NCBI RefSeq assembly: GCF_030684315.1 | Contig: NC_081404.1 | Coordinates: forward strand, 9,915,794 to 9,979,793 | Origin: Stegostoma tigrinum | Lineage: Eukaryota | Reading direction: 5' to 3' | Length of the DNA: 64,000 nt | In this document: in pieces, positions 1 through 12,944 of the stretch | Numbering within the stretch: the first letter of the stretch is position 1 | Layout: every line of letters starts with the position of its first letter | Made by a program: the position numbers and the translations under genes | Notes under the pieces: generated by a model | Databases searched by the model: none | Seen by the model: the letters and a program-made list of their open reading frames with translations, nothing else | What the model was told of the DNA's origin: nothing

Positions 1-554
1 AATAGAGAGTAACCCTCCACAGCATTCTGCCAAAATATTACCAATATGCTGCATCCAATGCAGCAATAAACCAAAATAATGTCCAATATAAACGTTACGC
101 TATTTAGACAATTCAACGGAGAAATGATCAATATCATCAAGGTTTAAATTTATTCCAAAGTATGAAGATTGTAACAGAACAGATGCCTACTAGCTGCATC
201 ATGACATTTGTTGCAAATTTACATGACGGATGCTTACTTCCAACTTTTAATTGACCATTATTTTCAGTTTCATTTTAAGAATAACAAAGATGAATCTGAC
301 CAAAGGCAGGATCTGTCAAACCCTTGAAACCATGGGCGCTACACTATATTTTCTTCATTCCACACACGTTTTCTTGTCCTCATCTGTGAAGCTGTCCTGA
401 AGATGTCAGAATATAGCTTGGAGCATAAACAGAAGAAAAAATGAATTCAAGCAGTGTTATGAGGAGCCAAGAAAAGGGGACAGAATGAACATATTGAGCC
501 AAATTGTAATCGGAGGTAACCCTCAGCAAATAGGCAGAAGGAACAACTCAAAGT

Positions 555-1095
555 TAAGGAAGTTACATTAAACTTGTATCAAACACTGGTTGGCCGCAGC
601 TTGAGTGTTGTGTACAGTTCTGGGTGCTACACTTTGGGAAAGATATGCAAGTACTAAACAGGGTGTAGAAAACATTCATCCCAGGGATGAGGAACTTCGG
701 TTTTTTAGATAGATTGAAAAAGTTGGTACTGTTCTCCTTAGAAGGTTGAGAGGATATTTGATAGTGAAATTTAAAGTTTGGATGGTGTGGAGGAGTATGT
801 ATGAAAACAATGTTCCCATGGTGGAAGGATGGAGAACACACAAATTTAAAAGGTGATGAGCAAAGGAAGCATCAACATGATTATACATTCTATCATACAG
901 CAAGTAGTTAGGATCAGGAATGTAGTGATAGTCCGGTAGAGGCAGGTTCAATCAAGGCATTCAAGAGGGAATTACACTGTTGACTGGGAAGAAAGAATTT
1001 GGAAGGCTACAAGAAGTTCAGTGAGTAGCATGAATTGCTCCTAGACAGCTAACACAGACACAACAGGCCAAGTTGCGTCCTTCTGCGCTTCTATG
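555..1095 (+). mobile_element. Degraded CR1-type LINE 3' fragment
   Basis: Decayed version of the CR1 ORF2 tail ([19 protein letters not shown] at ~570-625), similar to the intact CR1 copies at 42.7 and 46 kb. Confidence 0.65.
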
Positions 1096-4000
1096 AAGTT
1101 GGCTCTTAACAGTCAGGATTAAGAAAGTTATAAGGAACCAATTGATTGCATCTGCATAAGTGGAAATCCAAAAAAAGCCACTAACTTGATTGAAAAGTCT
1201 ACTGACCAGGATATACTTTAAATCCATTGTTCTTCATAAATTGAACCAATTCAAAGAAAACACAAACAGAAACAAAAACTAAAAAAACAAGACTTTGAAA
1301 ATTTTTAATTTAATTGCACCACGCACATTAGTATCCAACAGAAATACAATTTTTTAAAACTTTGTTCAGAAAGAGACTAGTCTTTCGACAAAAAAATTCC
1401 TTGTCTCATACACTATCCACAGATAAGAAAATGGGTGTCCTTCACCCAGCCTTTGCTTATACTGCTCTGAAACTGGCTGCCATTAAACATCCAAGGACAC
1501 CTCAGGGACAAACCCTTGTGCTACTGCCGCATACTTTGCATGTGGCAAAATAGTTGGTTTCTGTTTGGTAACTTTCTTCAGTGACGTGGTTGAGTGGGGG
1601 ATTGTAGGTTAAAACTCATGTCCTCTCTACAAAACATCTGTGTCCATCTTTAGCAAGCAGAACAAGTCATAGTGTTAGTTTAATCTATGAGGAGACAGTA
1701 CACATGTCTATAGGATGACATCCTGCCTTCCAGTCTCCCAATTTCATCCCCACCCTCCTCCAAATTAAACCCTGCAATTTAGTAATGGTGAATTAATAAT
1801 CATTCAATATGTTTGAATCACAACCACGGATGGGGCTTGCTCAAAACAGGGTACTCAGCAAACTGACCAGAATTATTCTGAATGCTTAAATCACTAGATT
1901 GCCCTTCTGAAAGAATCTAACCATTTAAAAATGAATAGTTCATACTTCACACTATAAAATGATTACAGATCAACATTTAAAAAGTAAACTGATAACAAAT
2001 GTAGTCATACACAGCATGGAGAAAACTTGTTTAATTTTCTCACAAATTTGATTTTAGAAAACTTACACAATATCAATCAGGCAAGATACATAAATAAACT
2101 GGAAATTTAGGTTATTCTGGAGGTTCTTATCAATGGGAAAGTTTAACTTTGAAAAATGGTATTACATATAATACTTAAAAGGAAAAACACACCTAAAGAC
2201 ACAGTTCACTTGGCTCTATTCAGAAACAGTGTAAATTCATCCATTCTGGTCCTGTTTTAATCCTGACAATAAATGACAACACTGCTGTACATTCTTTGTC
2301 ATATAGTGTATAATATTTATATATACTGGATGTCAATGGTCATCTTCAGATTTTCAATAAATCATAACTTTTCATGAACAGACATCTGGGACTTGATGAA
2401 TATTAACAGTATGCACACTAAACAGTTATCAGCATTAAAATGGATAAAAACATGCTTAACTGACCATTTTCAAAAAGGTGCACGAGAAATCCTATTTTGA
2501 ACACCTGTGACAATCTTGGCATTCCACTTTACGCTGAAAAATCCCAGGGAGTTTCAATAGCAAAGGGTTTAATGTACTTTGGGATTAAAATTAGCAAAAA
2601 TTCATATTTCCCATGTTGCAGGCCCAAACCTCTCAGTGTTGGTTTTGGCTTTTTAATCCTTCCTCACAGTGCATTTTCTACATGGCTCCCTGGTTGACAG
2701 TAATGTCACCATTATGGAAATAGAAACTTTCATTTCTAATTTTAACAAGTTAGAAATCTGTAATTGAGTCAACATATTGAAAATATCTGAAGATTAAAAA
2801 AAACGTGCAAAAAGTTAAAACCACCTTGAAGTTAATAACTGTACAGAAAATTTGGGAAACTGCAGTTATTCTTAAACAAATTGGATGCAGGGCACAGGTT
2901 CATTTTCAGAATGCCATCTTTCCATTTGGAAGTACCATACTGCTTTTTGCACCTCCATCAGATGGCCCATCCTATCATGCAACAGAACAAGTCTAATGTT
3001 GTCATTCATTTAAGTGAAGAGTCAAATGGACAAAATGATGTACTACTCATACAACTTAAAGTAGAAAAAGAAAGCAACTGTCAACTGACTATATGACACC
3101 TATAAAACATCATTTACTACAGGACATTTTTGTATCCTATTTATAACTGCAAGCGTTCCCTTCTGTTTCCTCTGTCAGTTTTCTACTCTCCTCCTCCACA
3201 CCCAATGGCATTGACACCATGCTGAAGTATGGTTCAACAAGGTGTCCGGTGGTACCTCACCCAAGTGGTTATCTTTTGGTTGAGCCTGAATAGTGAAGGT
3301 TGGCAGGATATTCAACCGGGGGAAGGAAATATTACACTAGGTCAGATTCTGTCCCAGGTTTTCACCTTGCTCAACATCATGAGCATTTTAAGTAGGGGTA
3401 GTTTTACATTACCATTCAATATACATTTACTATATATTTATATATATATTTCCTACTTTCTCTGATTGGCTTTGCAGTTTTGTTGCTGATGAATTGAAAA
3501 CAAAAAGCAGTTGTGCTTATGTTATATACACTGGTGATGCACCCTTGAAGCTCTGATTAACAGCGCAATTGTGTGAGTTTACTTGACGAGATGCAGAAAT
3601 GGCATAGCAATCTATAAGTTTTGAGCTTTGAGCTTCTAAAAATCCCATGACAAAAGATGACAAATCACAGATCTTTTCTTCACATCATATGCTACAATGT
3701 TACTCTCATCTATTAGTTAGTGAGCACCCAGCCTCCACACTTCAGGCACTAAACAAGTATATATTTGTAATATACACAGTTTAGTCTGCTTCACCAACTT
3801 AAATCGTAGTACTGCAGCACTTTATAATCATTTTGATATCCTTGGAGGTTACAGTGGATATGTTTGTAATACAAATGCTTGTTTAGTTTTTTTTAAAAAC
3901 ACCTTCTATAGTTCAATCTTCAGAGGGCTTGTACAAATTTGAGGAAAAAATTACAAGAGCAAAAAATGCTCTGGTCAGGAACTCTAATTGTACAAAAACA

Positions 4001-5477
4001 TAACCAGGATTATGGAATTTGGCGACCTTATAAAGAGAGGCACAATTTTAATTACCAAAGTAATTTCGACTAAATGCACACACATTACTGAAAATTAACC
4101 CTCTGGGTGCATATTTGCTTTGAAATGGTACGGTATAGAACATCTATAAGCAAATATCAGGGAGATTTAAAATTGACCAAGTCAGCAAATTATTTATGTT
4201 TCTGATAACATCAACTGTAATTTAGTTAAAAAAAAAGGAAAAATAGACTTTGTGGCATATGATTGCTGGTAGAAAAAAATAAAAATATTGGTAATTAATT
4301 TAAAAAGTGAATTTCATAAATTGGAGAACGAAAGGAGAACCAGTAGTTTGTAATTTGTATAATATCCAATTATGTGTTTTGATAAAGACTGTCAGTTCAT
4401 TACTAATCTTACAGAACACATTTTTTGTTTAGCTTTATATAGAGGAAGTCTTGCCATCAGTACCCTGGAAAAACACAACTTTGTTACTTAACATACAGCT
4501 CGTCAATGCAATTTAAACTTTGAGAGCTCAATTAACGATCACCAGTAATTGAAGGCATTAACCCACATTGCTTCAGTGATCTTATTTCACACGTGTGCAA
4601 GTTGTGTTAGCCCTCTGTTGCTGCCAGGCTGCCTGATGCTGCATTTAAGACAGCCATTTTTTGGTTTTCAGTCCCCAACCTCACCACTCCCCAAAATCTC
4701 TCGAGGAAGTAGTCCCATTTATTTTACAGGGCAATATATCTACTAGGAGGGAGAATAACTGTCTTCTACATACCCACCAATTACTGCCCTGAACATAATT
4801 AAAGCATGGTTTTTTTTTAAGGGTGGGGGAGGGAGGGAAACAGTGATTTGCCTTTATTGCTGTTGAACAAAAACTCTGGATTTAAAAAAGTGTTTTAAAA
4901 ACAATCAATTGCTGAATAGGCGCAATCCTTTCTAACACATGCACAGTATTTTTTAAGGTACCTTTTTTATGGAAATAAACTAATTTTACATAAGCAGACA
5001 GAGCAACCATAGTGCGAGCAAAACTATTCCAAGTGCAGCAGCAGGAGAGTTCAAGTTGGTCTGGGTATTGCAATGCGTTGTCAAAAACTTTGCTTTCATT
5101 AGCACCAGAGTTTACAGGGTGAGCAAAACAAAAGCAACAGTTCTGCTGACACCAAGTTTTCAAAGCATTCAAAAACATGGGTTCTATTGGATTTTTTTTT
5201 GAACATTTGCGACATACATAGTGGCAAACTGAAGGGTGGTTTAACTTCAGTATGCTACTATTGCTGAGGTACAATTCTGCACAGGCAGTTTCCCAGTGAG
5301 CTCATAAGCACGCACCGTTTGAGACAGGAGTTAAAAAGCATCTTCCTTTCATTGTTTCGGCAAAAAGGTTGCTGATGGTGAGACTCCCTCTGTAAGAATC
5401 ATACTTAACTCAATTTTCACAATTTCCCTGGGAAACAACAACTGGAAAATATGAATTTTTCATAAAGTCTTCAAACC

Positions 5478-7124
5478 TCAACTCTCTTCTGCACGACAGA
5501 GGAACCTCATACTCTGTGATGCATTTGGGTAACTGACCATTTGAGTGGTGGTATAACTCATGGCAATTCCTGGCAGTGATTGTGTAACTGCCACAGGTGT
5601 AGAGATGGCAAGTGGTGCCATTGAGACTGGTGAAGTCATCCCCTGGGCATAGGGTGCAGAAATAGAAGCGCTAAGACGGGGAGGACTTTGGGATGTAGCT
5701 TCAGAACACAATGCATTATGAGCTCTAGCTTGCGCTATCAACTCTTGATGAGAAATGGGTTGTGATCTCAGTGTCTGGTTGCTCAGGGTGGTGTGAGTTT
5801 TTACTATGCTACGGTTATAATTGGTAACAGTGTGCATAGCTGGGTGTTGTGTTGGGTCAGCCCCAGTGTTCAGGATCCCCAACTTCACCTGCTTGCGCAG
5901 ATCTGCATTCTGTTCCAGAAGAACCTCATTAGTCAGCATTAAGCTTGACACCTGCTTTTTGAGCTCTTCATTGCGCTTTCTGAGCATATGGTTTTCCTCC
6001 TCCAAAAAACTTAGTTCACCTGGGCGCAGACTGGGAGTGCTGTAATCAAATACTTCAAAACGCAGGCCCTCCACCCTTCTCCTTTTCGGATGTTGGTCAT
6101 AATCACATCTCTCTGTCTCATAAAGGTCATCCAAACGATCATACCTACAAATCTCAGGAGAAAGTTCTCTATCTTGTGACGACACTCTTTCTACACTTTT
6201 TTTATCACTGTCATCACGTTTCAAATGCTGGAATTTACATTTGGATCCTCTTCGACACTTGCCCTTAAGGAAGTCACGACAGAATGGGATTTCCTTTGTA
6301 ATAAGAGGAAGATTAGAGGGTGAAAGCCCAAAAGTCACAGCCACTGTCTGTTGCAAGTGGGCAGGAAGCTTTCCTGTTTTATTGTAATAATTCTCTTCCC
6401 CCTTCGTCCCGTGAATGAATGTGCAGTTCTCACGGGTACATTTACTATTCTGAAAGTACTGACAAAAGATTGACTCATGCCGCATGTCACCCACAGTGTA
6501 GGCCTCAACATTGTCTGGATGGAAGTACCTGCAATTCTTACCACGGTTGCAGACATTGCGCAGAAAGTCACGGCAAACATTCCGTTTGCTCTTGCTCGCC
6601 TCATATTTGCTATTATTGACTAAATTATCAGCGTCATCACTTAGATCAGCGTGGTTGGTGACCTCAATATCATCTGGGTGAAAATACCTGCAATTCTTAC
6701 CACGATTGCAGAGATTGCGCAGAAAGTCTCTACAAACGTTCTGTTTGCTTTTGCCAGCCTCATCATTGCCAATGTTCACTAAATTATCAGTGTCATTCCT
6801 TAAGTCAGTGAGGTCAGAAGCCTCAATGTCATCTGGGTGGATATACCTGCAATTCTTACCACGGTTGCAGAGATTGCGCAGAAAGTCTCGGCAAATGTTC
6901 TGTTTGCTTTTACCAGCCTCATCACTGGCAGTGTTGACTAAATTATCAGTTTCGTTCCTTATGTCGGCGAGGTCGGAGGCCTCAATATCATCTGGATGGA
7001 AGTACCTGCAATTCTTACCACGGTTGCAGACATTGCGCAGAAAGTCTCGGCAAACATTCCGTTTGCTCTTGCCAGCCTCATATTTGCCGCTGTTGACTAA
7101 ATTATCAGTGTCGTTCTCGGACAT
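5478..7124 (-). CDS. ZC3H10-like paralogue, 548 aa, six CCCH zinc fingers (4x ZF1 + ZF2 + ZF3), KRRRV basic motif, coiled coil, low-complexity tail
   Basis: Uninterrupted ORF colinear with the ZC3H10 ORF at 37026-38228 (CRDFLRNVC, FLEEEN.MLRKR.EELKKQ, NEVLLEQNA, YP.ASQSMR). All Cys/His ligands are intact and a splice acceptor lies 48 nt upstream of the ATG. Confidence 0.9.
   Translation of the reverse strand: MSENDTDNLVNSGKYEAGKSKRNVCRDFLRNVCNRGKNCRYFHPDDIEASDLADIRNETDNLVNTASDEAGKSKQNICRDFLRNLCNRGKNCRYIHPDDIEASDLTDLRNDTDNLVNIGNDEAGKSKQNVCRDFLRNLCNRGKNCRYFHPDDIEVTNHADLSDDADNLVNNSKYEASKSKRNVCRDFLRNVCNRGKNCRYFHPDNVEAYTVGDMRHESIFCQYFQNSKCTRENCTFIHGTKGEENYYNKTGKLPAHLQQTVAVTFGLSPSNLPLITKEIPFCRDFLKGKCRRGSKCKFQHLKRDDSDKKSVERVSSQDRELSPEICRYDRLDDLYETERCDYDQHPKRRRVEGLRFEVFDYSTPSLRPGELSFLEEENHMLRKRNEELKKQVSSLMLTNEVLLEQNADLRKQVKLGILNTGADPTQHPAMHTVTNYNRSIVKTHTTLSNQTLRSQPISHQELIAQARAHNALCSEATSQSPPRLSASISAPYAQGMTSPVSMAPLAISTPVAVTQSLPGIAMSYTTTQMVSYPNASQSMRFLCRAEES
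6483..7118 (-). repeat. Coding tandem repeat, 4 x 159 bp (53 aa), one CCCH finger per unit
   Basis: Anchor aattcttacc recurs at 6533, 6692, 6851 and 7010 (exact 159-bp period); protein unit DNLVN...CRDFLRNxCNRGKNCRYxHPD. Confidence 0.95.
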
Positions 7125-7195
7125 GTTTCCAGATTATTTCTGCGCTACTCAGCCAAGGCTCTCAATAAACAACTGCAAAAGAAAAAGAAGCCAGA
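7125..7195 (-). other. 3' splice site and 5' UTR part of the paralogue's coding exon
   Basis: Minus strand reads cttctttttcttttgcag|ttgtttattgagagccttggctgagtagcgcagaaataatctggaaacATG (AG at 7174-7173); homologous to 36961-37025. Confidence 0.75.
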
Positions 7196-8057
7196 TCTTT
7201 TTACAATGAACAAGAGATTAATTTACAAAAGTAACTGGTTAATCTCTTTCTCTCAAAACATTTGTAGTTGCACGTATCATGGATTTTTAAGAAAATTAGG
7301 AAATGGTAGAAATTTTACAACAAAATGGAGAAGACGCTTTATTTTGACATATTGTCAGTATTCACCACCATTTCCTTCTATAGTCGACAGCAACATCTGA
7401 AATCTGCGTCTACGAAGAATAACATGAAAAATCGAGAAGTTGCTGGCAGTGATTTTGCATTCCTCCTCTGAAAGTACCATTTGTCTTTTTTTAAAATTTT
7501 TAACACGATACGTATTAATGATTTACAACTGTTTCTTTTCTTAAAGACACTGGCACAACAAAATAAGTAATGAATCACTACTAAGATTGTAATTATTTTT
7601 AAAATGAATTCTTGTTGTAATGATATTATAGTGATTTCTAAATACAGGGATGTACAATCAGCAGTGGTAACAAACTACTGAAGAAACAGGGTGAAGAACA
7701 GAGAAAATAAAATGATGGTGATTTAGCTCACCACAGTGTACAGTTCAGTCTACCCACACATACACATTATTGTGATAAATACTATGCAAAGGAATATTGC
7801 AAACCCAACCTTTCACTTTCCACATTAAATTCCACAACAGAGCTTAGTTGTTTACTGTACTGCATAAAATTCTTATAGCTAATCATTTCAGATTTGGTCC
7901 TCGAATTCTAGATTTTAAGAAATCTAAAACAAAACACTTCTAACACTTAACACCACAGCTACCAAGATAAATGTTTAATACCAACTTTAACACTTAATTA
8001 TTAGAATGGGAATACCCCAGATGATTAAATGCATTCCTAAATTGCAAACTAGCATAT

Positions 8058-8077
8058 TGTGCGCACACACACACACA

Positions 8078-8116
<39 letters not shown>

Positions 8117-8123
8117 GCGCGCG
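8058..8123. repeat. (CA)n microsatellite bordered by (GC)n
   Basis: Directly visible alternating purine-pyrimidine tract. Confidence 0.95.
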
Positions 8124-10476
8124 ACATGTTGAAATTTATGTTCATTAAAGAGCTTGCGAGTAAAAATTGATGGAATTATATAGATGAATATAAATGCTAC
8201 AGTTTTTAATTCATAAAAGCCAATTTATGAAAATGCAAGTGAAAATTTAATATAAGCAATGTCGAATTATGTTGACAAAGTTTCAATTTAACCGTGATTC
8301 AAAAATTAAACAAAAATCAAAACTTAAATTTTCTTCAATATATTTAACATATTGAGGCAACTTCTTTGCAAGATGTTATTAGAAATAAAGGCTGGATTCT
8401 AACGCTATAATCCATCTACACTTCAACTCTGACTCACATCTATCTCCATCAGACTTTTTTTGAGGCAGTAAAATACAGTTTTCAATTGTTTTGAGATTTT
8501 CCTTCTTCCCTCTTGAATCAAAGTAACAGGCAATTTTTGTCTTTGATAGTCAGGGGTGCTTTTTTATTTTGAAAGTTTTTACCTCACCCTCTCTGATTTC
8601 ACATCTCTTCTTTTCCGAAGATTATTCCCAAGAATCTATTGTTCTTTCATGTAAAAAACCTTTTCATCACCAATCCCATCCTCTCAGCACCTCTTACCTC
8701 TTTATTAAGTTTACATGTATCAGAAATTTGAGTACAGTTTCCATAATTTGATGGGTGGGAAAGGGGATGACTTTTTTGACATCAGTCCAATTTCTAGGTA
8801 CAAGGCAAGAAAACTTTCCTGTCACTTAGCCAACTGTCTTCACCCCATCCTCCCATTAACAACCACAAATTTTAATGTCTATTAATATGGAGCTTCTCTA
8901 AATTTTGTTTTCCTTCTTCTGAAGCTCCAAATACGCAGTGTTCCTACATCCTCAGCATGATTAAAGCAACGTTTATAACACTGAATAATTAGATGCTTGT
9001 TTTTGACTGGCATAGACTCAATGGGCCAAAAGGCCTTTCACTGTGTTGCAGACTTTTCATGACTCAATGCTCTCTACTCTAAATAATTATTTCTAAAAGG
9101 ACTTGAAAAGTATTACATGTTTACCTTTCATTCTTTGGTTTACCTCACCTTTCTCAATTTTTGTAGTGCCCTATTTAAGAAGGCTTAGTGGCTAAGTTCT
9201 TAACTTTAGAAAAATAATCTTGATTTGCACGTTTTATTTGCATCCAAAAGTGTGGGTGTGATAGCAACACATCACTGAAGAGAGGAAGTGAATGGCTTTT
9301 ATTTTAATTTATGCTACCATAGTACAAAGTGACAGTAATCTAAAACACAAACTGGACTCAGTTGCATAGAAGTGTGCAAACTATTGGTCTATTGCCTCAA
9401 CATTCTACGCAAGAATGCCTCAAGTGTCTGATAAATTGCTTCAAAATCAGTTTTGAGAAGCAAAAGGTCCCAAATAATGAATACAGGTGTTGATTCCAAG
9501 AGCAGCATGGCTTCCTGCACTGAATACATTTGCCAAGATAATGCTGACAAGTGCCATCAGACAAAGGTACAAAGGCTGTACTTTTGAGTTCTAAGCTCTC
9601 AGTTCAGCTTCAAGTCATCAGAATACTGCATTTTTATAAAGAGTCTGAACCAATTTCAAGCCAATTTTTGATTTCTGAACTAATTTTAAAGTTGTTATGA
9701 AAGGCAGGAAGGGCAAAACTTTACTATGTTTTCACCCAAGAACTGTGGATGAACTACCCAAATACAGTGTTTTGTTCTCCATGTATGTCCCCAGGATTAC
9801 TGTTTCTTTAAATATAACACAGTGATTCTGTCCAATCAAACAGCATAACAATTGAATCATTCTGCCCATCACCACCACTAACTTGAGTACACAAATGAAA
9901 ATTATGTCATCGTACTGAGGAGTCATACAGGATAGTATAATCTCAAGTTCACCCACAGTTTGCATTGAATTCTTTTATTAAACGGGCCAAAAGTGAAGGA
10001 CTAAAATAAACATACCTTGATTATTAAGATTAAACTAAAAGCAAAAGTTCTAGCCTGACAACTATTAAAAAGTGTGCACATGAATATGGAGCAAAGACAG
10101 GATTAAGCTTAGCAACGTATCGCTATCATTGAATAGTTATCAATATTGACATCTAGTTTAATATGAAGTACTTGGGCAAAACACAAAGGTATGTTGTTAC
10201 AGTGGACTCAAAACTCAGTAGGAGCCATTATCTTTAGGTGCAAATAGGAGGAGTCATAAAGTGCGAATCATCCAAACGATAGCAGAGAGAAAAATGAAAA
10301 AAAATTTACTCTCCCCCATACCTTTAAATGACCGACTAAAACTTGCTGCTTACACCTGCTCTTCCTCCTGAATGGCAAAACATGAAGTGACCTACAAAGA
10401 AAGTAATTGTCATTTTTGAAAGCAAAATCACTTAATTAGTTTTTAAAAAAAAATTCCAATGGTTCAGTAGATAAAT

Positions 10477-11065
10477 AAGACCATAAGACATAGGAGTGGA
10501 AGTAAGGCCATTCGGCCCATCAAGTCCACTCCGCCATTTAATCATGGCTGATGGGCTTTTCAACTCCACTTCCCTGCACTCTCCCCGTAGCCCTTGATTC
10601 CTTCTGAGATCAAGAATTTATCGATCTCTGCTTTGAAGACATTTAATGTCCTGGCCTCCACTGCGCTCCGTGGCAATGAATTCCACAGGCCCACCACTCT
10701 CTGGCTGAAGAAATGTCTCCTCATTTCCATTCTAAATTTACCCCCTCTAATTCTAAGGCTGTGCCCACGGGTCCTAGTCTCCCACCTAACGGAAACAACC
10801 TCCCAGTGTCCACCCTTTCTAAGCCATAAATTATCTTGTAAGTTTCTATTAGATCTCCCCTCAACCTTCTAAACTCTAATGAGTACAATCCCAGGATCCT
10901 TAGCCGTTCATCATACGTTAAACTGACCATTCCAGGGATCATCTGTGTGAATCTCTGCTGGACACGCTCCAGGGCTAGTATGTCCTTCCTGAGGTGTGGG
11001 GCCCAAAATTGGACACAGTATTCTAAATGGGGCCTAACTAGAGCTTTATAAAGTCTCAGAAGCAA
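10477..11065 (-). mobile_element. 5'-truncated CR1-type LINE in the paralogue's intron
   Basis: ORF 10721-11176 contains [32 protein letters not shown]; 3' tail near 10480. Confidence 0.85.
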
Positions 11066-11499
11066 ATGTACCAACTGTGTGGCAATAAAGCAGGTTTCAA
11101 TTTCAATCATTATTATTTCAAAAATAGACTGGAGAATCCATGTCAACGAACTATGGACAAGGCAGCATGTCCACATTCTTTAGTCAGATTTAAAAACAAG
11201 GCTTGGTGTATTTCTCGCCACTTGGAAAAAATGCCAGAGGTTGAGCAGTCTTAATGCAATGCTACCCACAAGAAAACCGCTTCTGCACGGAGCAAACAGG
11301 ACGAAGCGATTTTAAATAATATTACAACAATAAATTTGAATCAAAATTCGTTTGGCGTCTCATATTTGAAAACGGTGTGTTCGGTATCCTTTACAGGCTC
11401 TTCCCCTAGATTTTCATTTAGATTGTTTCATGTATAATGAATCCAACAATCCAGTTATAACCTTAATAATATTACTGGACACGAATTCCTTCATTCCTA

Positions 11500-11930
11500 A
11501 GAACAAATTCGTTCTTAGGCCTACCGGACATCTGTCAGCAACTCGCGCGAAATCGTAGTGTTGACAGCTCTGGTGGCGGAAAGTTCTCGAACTTGCTACG
11601 AGGCTTCAAGTACACTTCTAGGCCTCAACAAATTTACTCAAAATGATGCAAATGCCGACGCATAAATGAGGGAGGGGGGAACATTTTTTAAAACTAACCA
11701 CAGAAATAATTACACTCAATCAATCCAGGAATAAAACTGATTCATAAAAATACAATGAAACAGGACCACATTTACCGACACGGTGCAAGCTTTTTTTTAA
11801 AATCCTCTTAGTCCTCCAAGCACAGCGAATATGGACACAGGTCCTCCGAGACAAGAGCGCCCGTAGAAGATGCTGTCAAAACCTTTCTACAACCATTGTT
11901 CAATGAACACTAACTCGGTTACCGAATGTT
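11500..11930 (-). promoter_or_regulatory. CpG-rich putative promoter and non-coding first exon of the ZC3H10 paralogue
   Basis: Local CpG enrichment; reverse complement matches 26360-26720 (cgctcttgtctcggaggacct vs cgctcttgtctgggaggacct); candidate donor accgtgtcg|gtaaat near 11775. Confidence 0.65.
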
Positions 11931-11999
11931 TCCCACCTTATCACAAACTTTCCTCCCCAACTTCTATATTTCGTTAAAACGGTTACGATGTTTAACTTT

Positions 12000-12090
12000 T
12001 TCCAGTTCTGAACAAAGGTCTTTGACCTGAAACGTGAATTCTTTCGCTCTCCACAGATACGGCCAGATCTTTCAGAATCACTGGAAAGCA
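12000..12090 (+). mobile_element. Old degenerate relative of the hammerhead-bearing short elements
   Basis: ttctgaacaaaggtctttgacctgaaacgt resembles ctgatgaagggtc..gacccgaaacgtc; similar relics at ~22715-22815 (-), ~26170-26280 and ~45200-45320. Confidence 0.45.
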
Positions 12091-12944
12091 GGAGACTGTT
12101 CGGCCGATCGTGCCACCCCACCACATTTCCAGGCAGTGTATTTCATAGCATAACTACATGCTGTGTCAAAAAAATTCTCACATCACCTTTGCTTTGTTTG
12201 TACATCACTTTAAATCTATGCCTTCTCATTCTTTTTCTCTTTTATGAGCAGGAACAGCTTCTCCCTATCCACTCTGTCCCTACTCCCGCCTTCATAATTT
12301 TGAAACTGTAAGAGAAACAGTACCAGTTTTTTCAATCCTCATAATTGAAGCTTCTCATTCCTGGAACCAATCTTGCAAATTACTTCTACTGATTTGCTGA
12401 CTTTTTGTTTTTACCTCAAATCTTCAGCCACACTTTTGATTTTGTATGAGTATTAATTAGCTGCCACTTCTCTTCTAGGTATCCCTACCTTGAGGAAGTC
12501 CTGCCCACGACATCCGTGGGATTTTCATTAGTTTCTTATCTTGTTACTAAAACTCACTTCCATAGCCATATCCTCAGCAACTATCCCCAGCTAGAAATTA
12601 TTCGTGAATTTGACACTTAATGTTTTGGATCCACCCCTAATTACAGATAGCTCCAAGAATTCAGAATTCCTTGGATGGGCCATTACTTGGCTTTCACTGC
12701 ATCTTCAGATTCATACTCAATGCTATGTACATATTTTTGACATTGCTGTTCAGCAGTACTGTCTCACTCGAAGCTGTCCTGGTTCATGATTCCATTTCAT
12801 CTTTCACCTCATCTTACTTTTTAACAACGGCATTTTTTTCTACTTTCAAGTGTGAAGGTATCATAAGCTTTAACAATTCTTGGATACTGACAGCCTTTGA
12901 GATTCTTCTTCCCTTTCCATTTCTTTGACTCCATCCCTCCTTCC

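Noticed and set aside
5478-7124. Paralogue as a processed retrocopy
   Set aside because: ZC3H10 itself has one coding exon, and the acceptor and first-exon/promoter are duplicated too
6706-7209. 167-aa repetitive + strand ORF (and 36932-37138 on -)
   Set aside because: Antisense shadows of the ZC3H10-family coding sequences
10354-10391. Possible small non-coding middle exon (-), with a counterpart at 28033-28060 (+)
   Set aside because: AG/GTAAGC boundaries look plausible but homology is weak and this cannot be supported without transcripts
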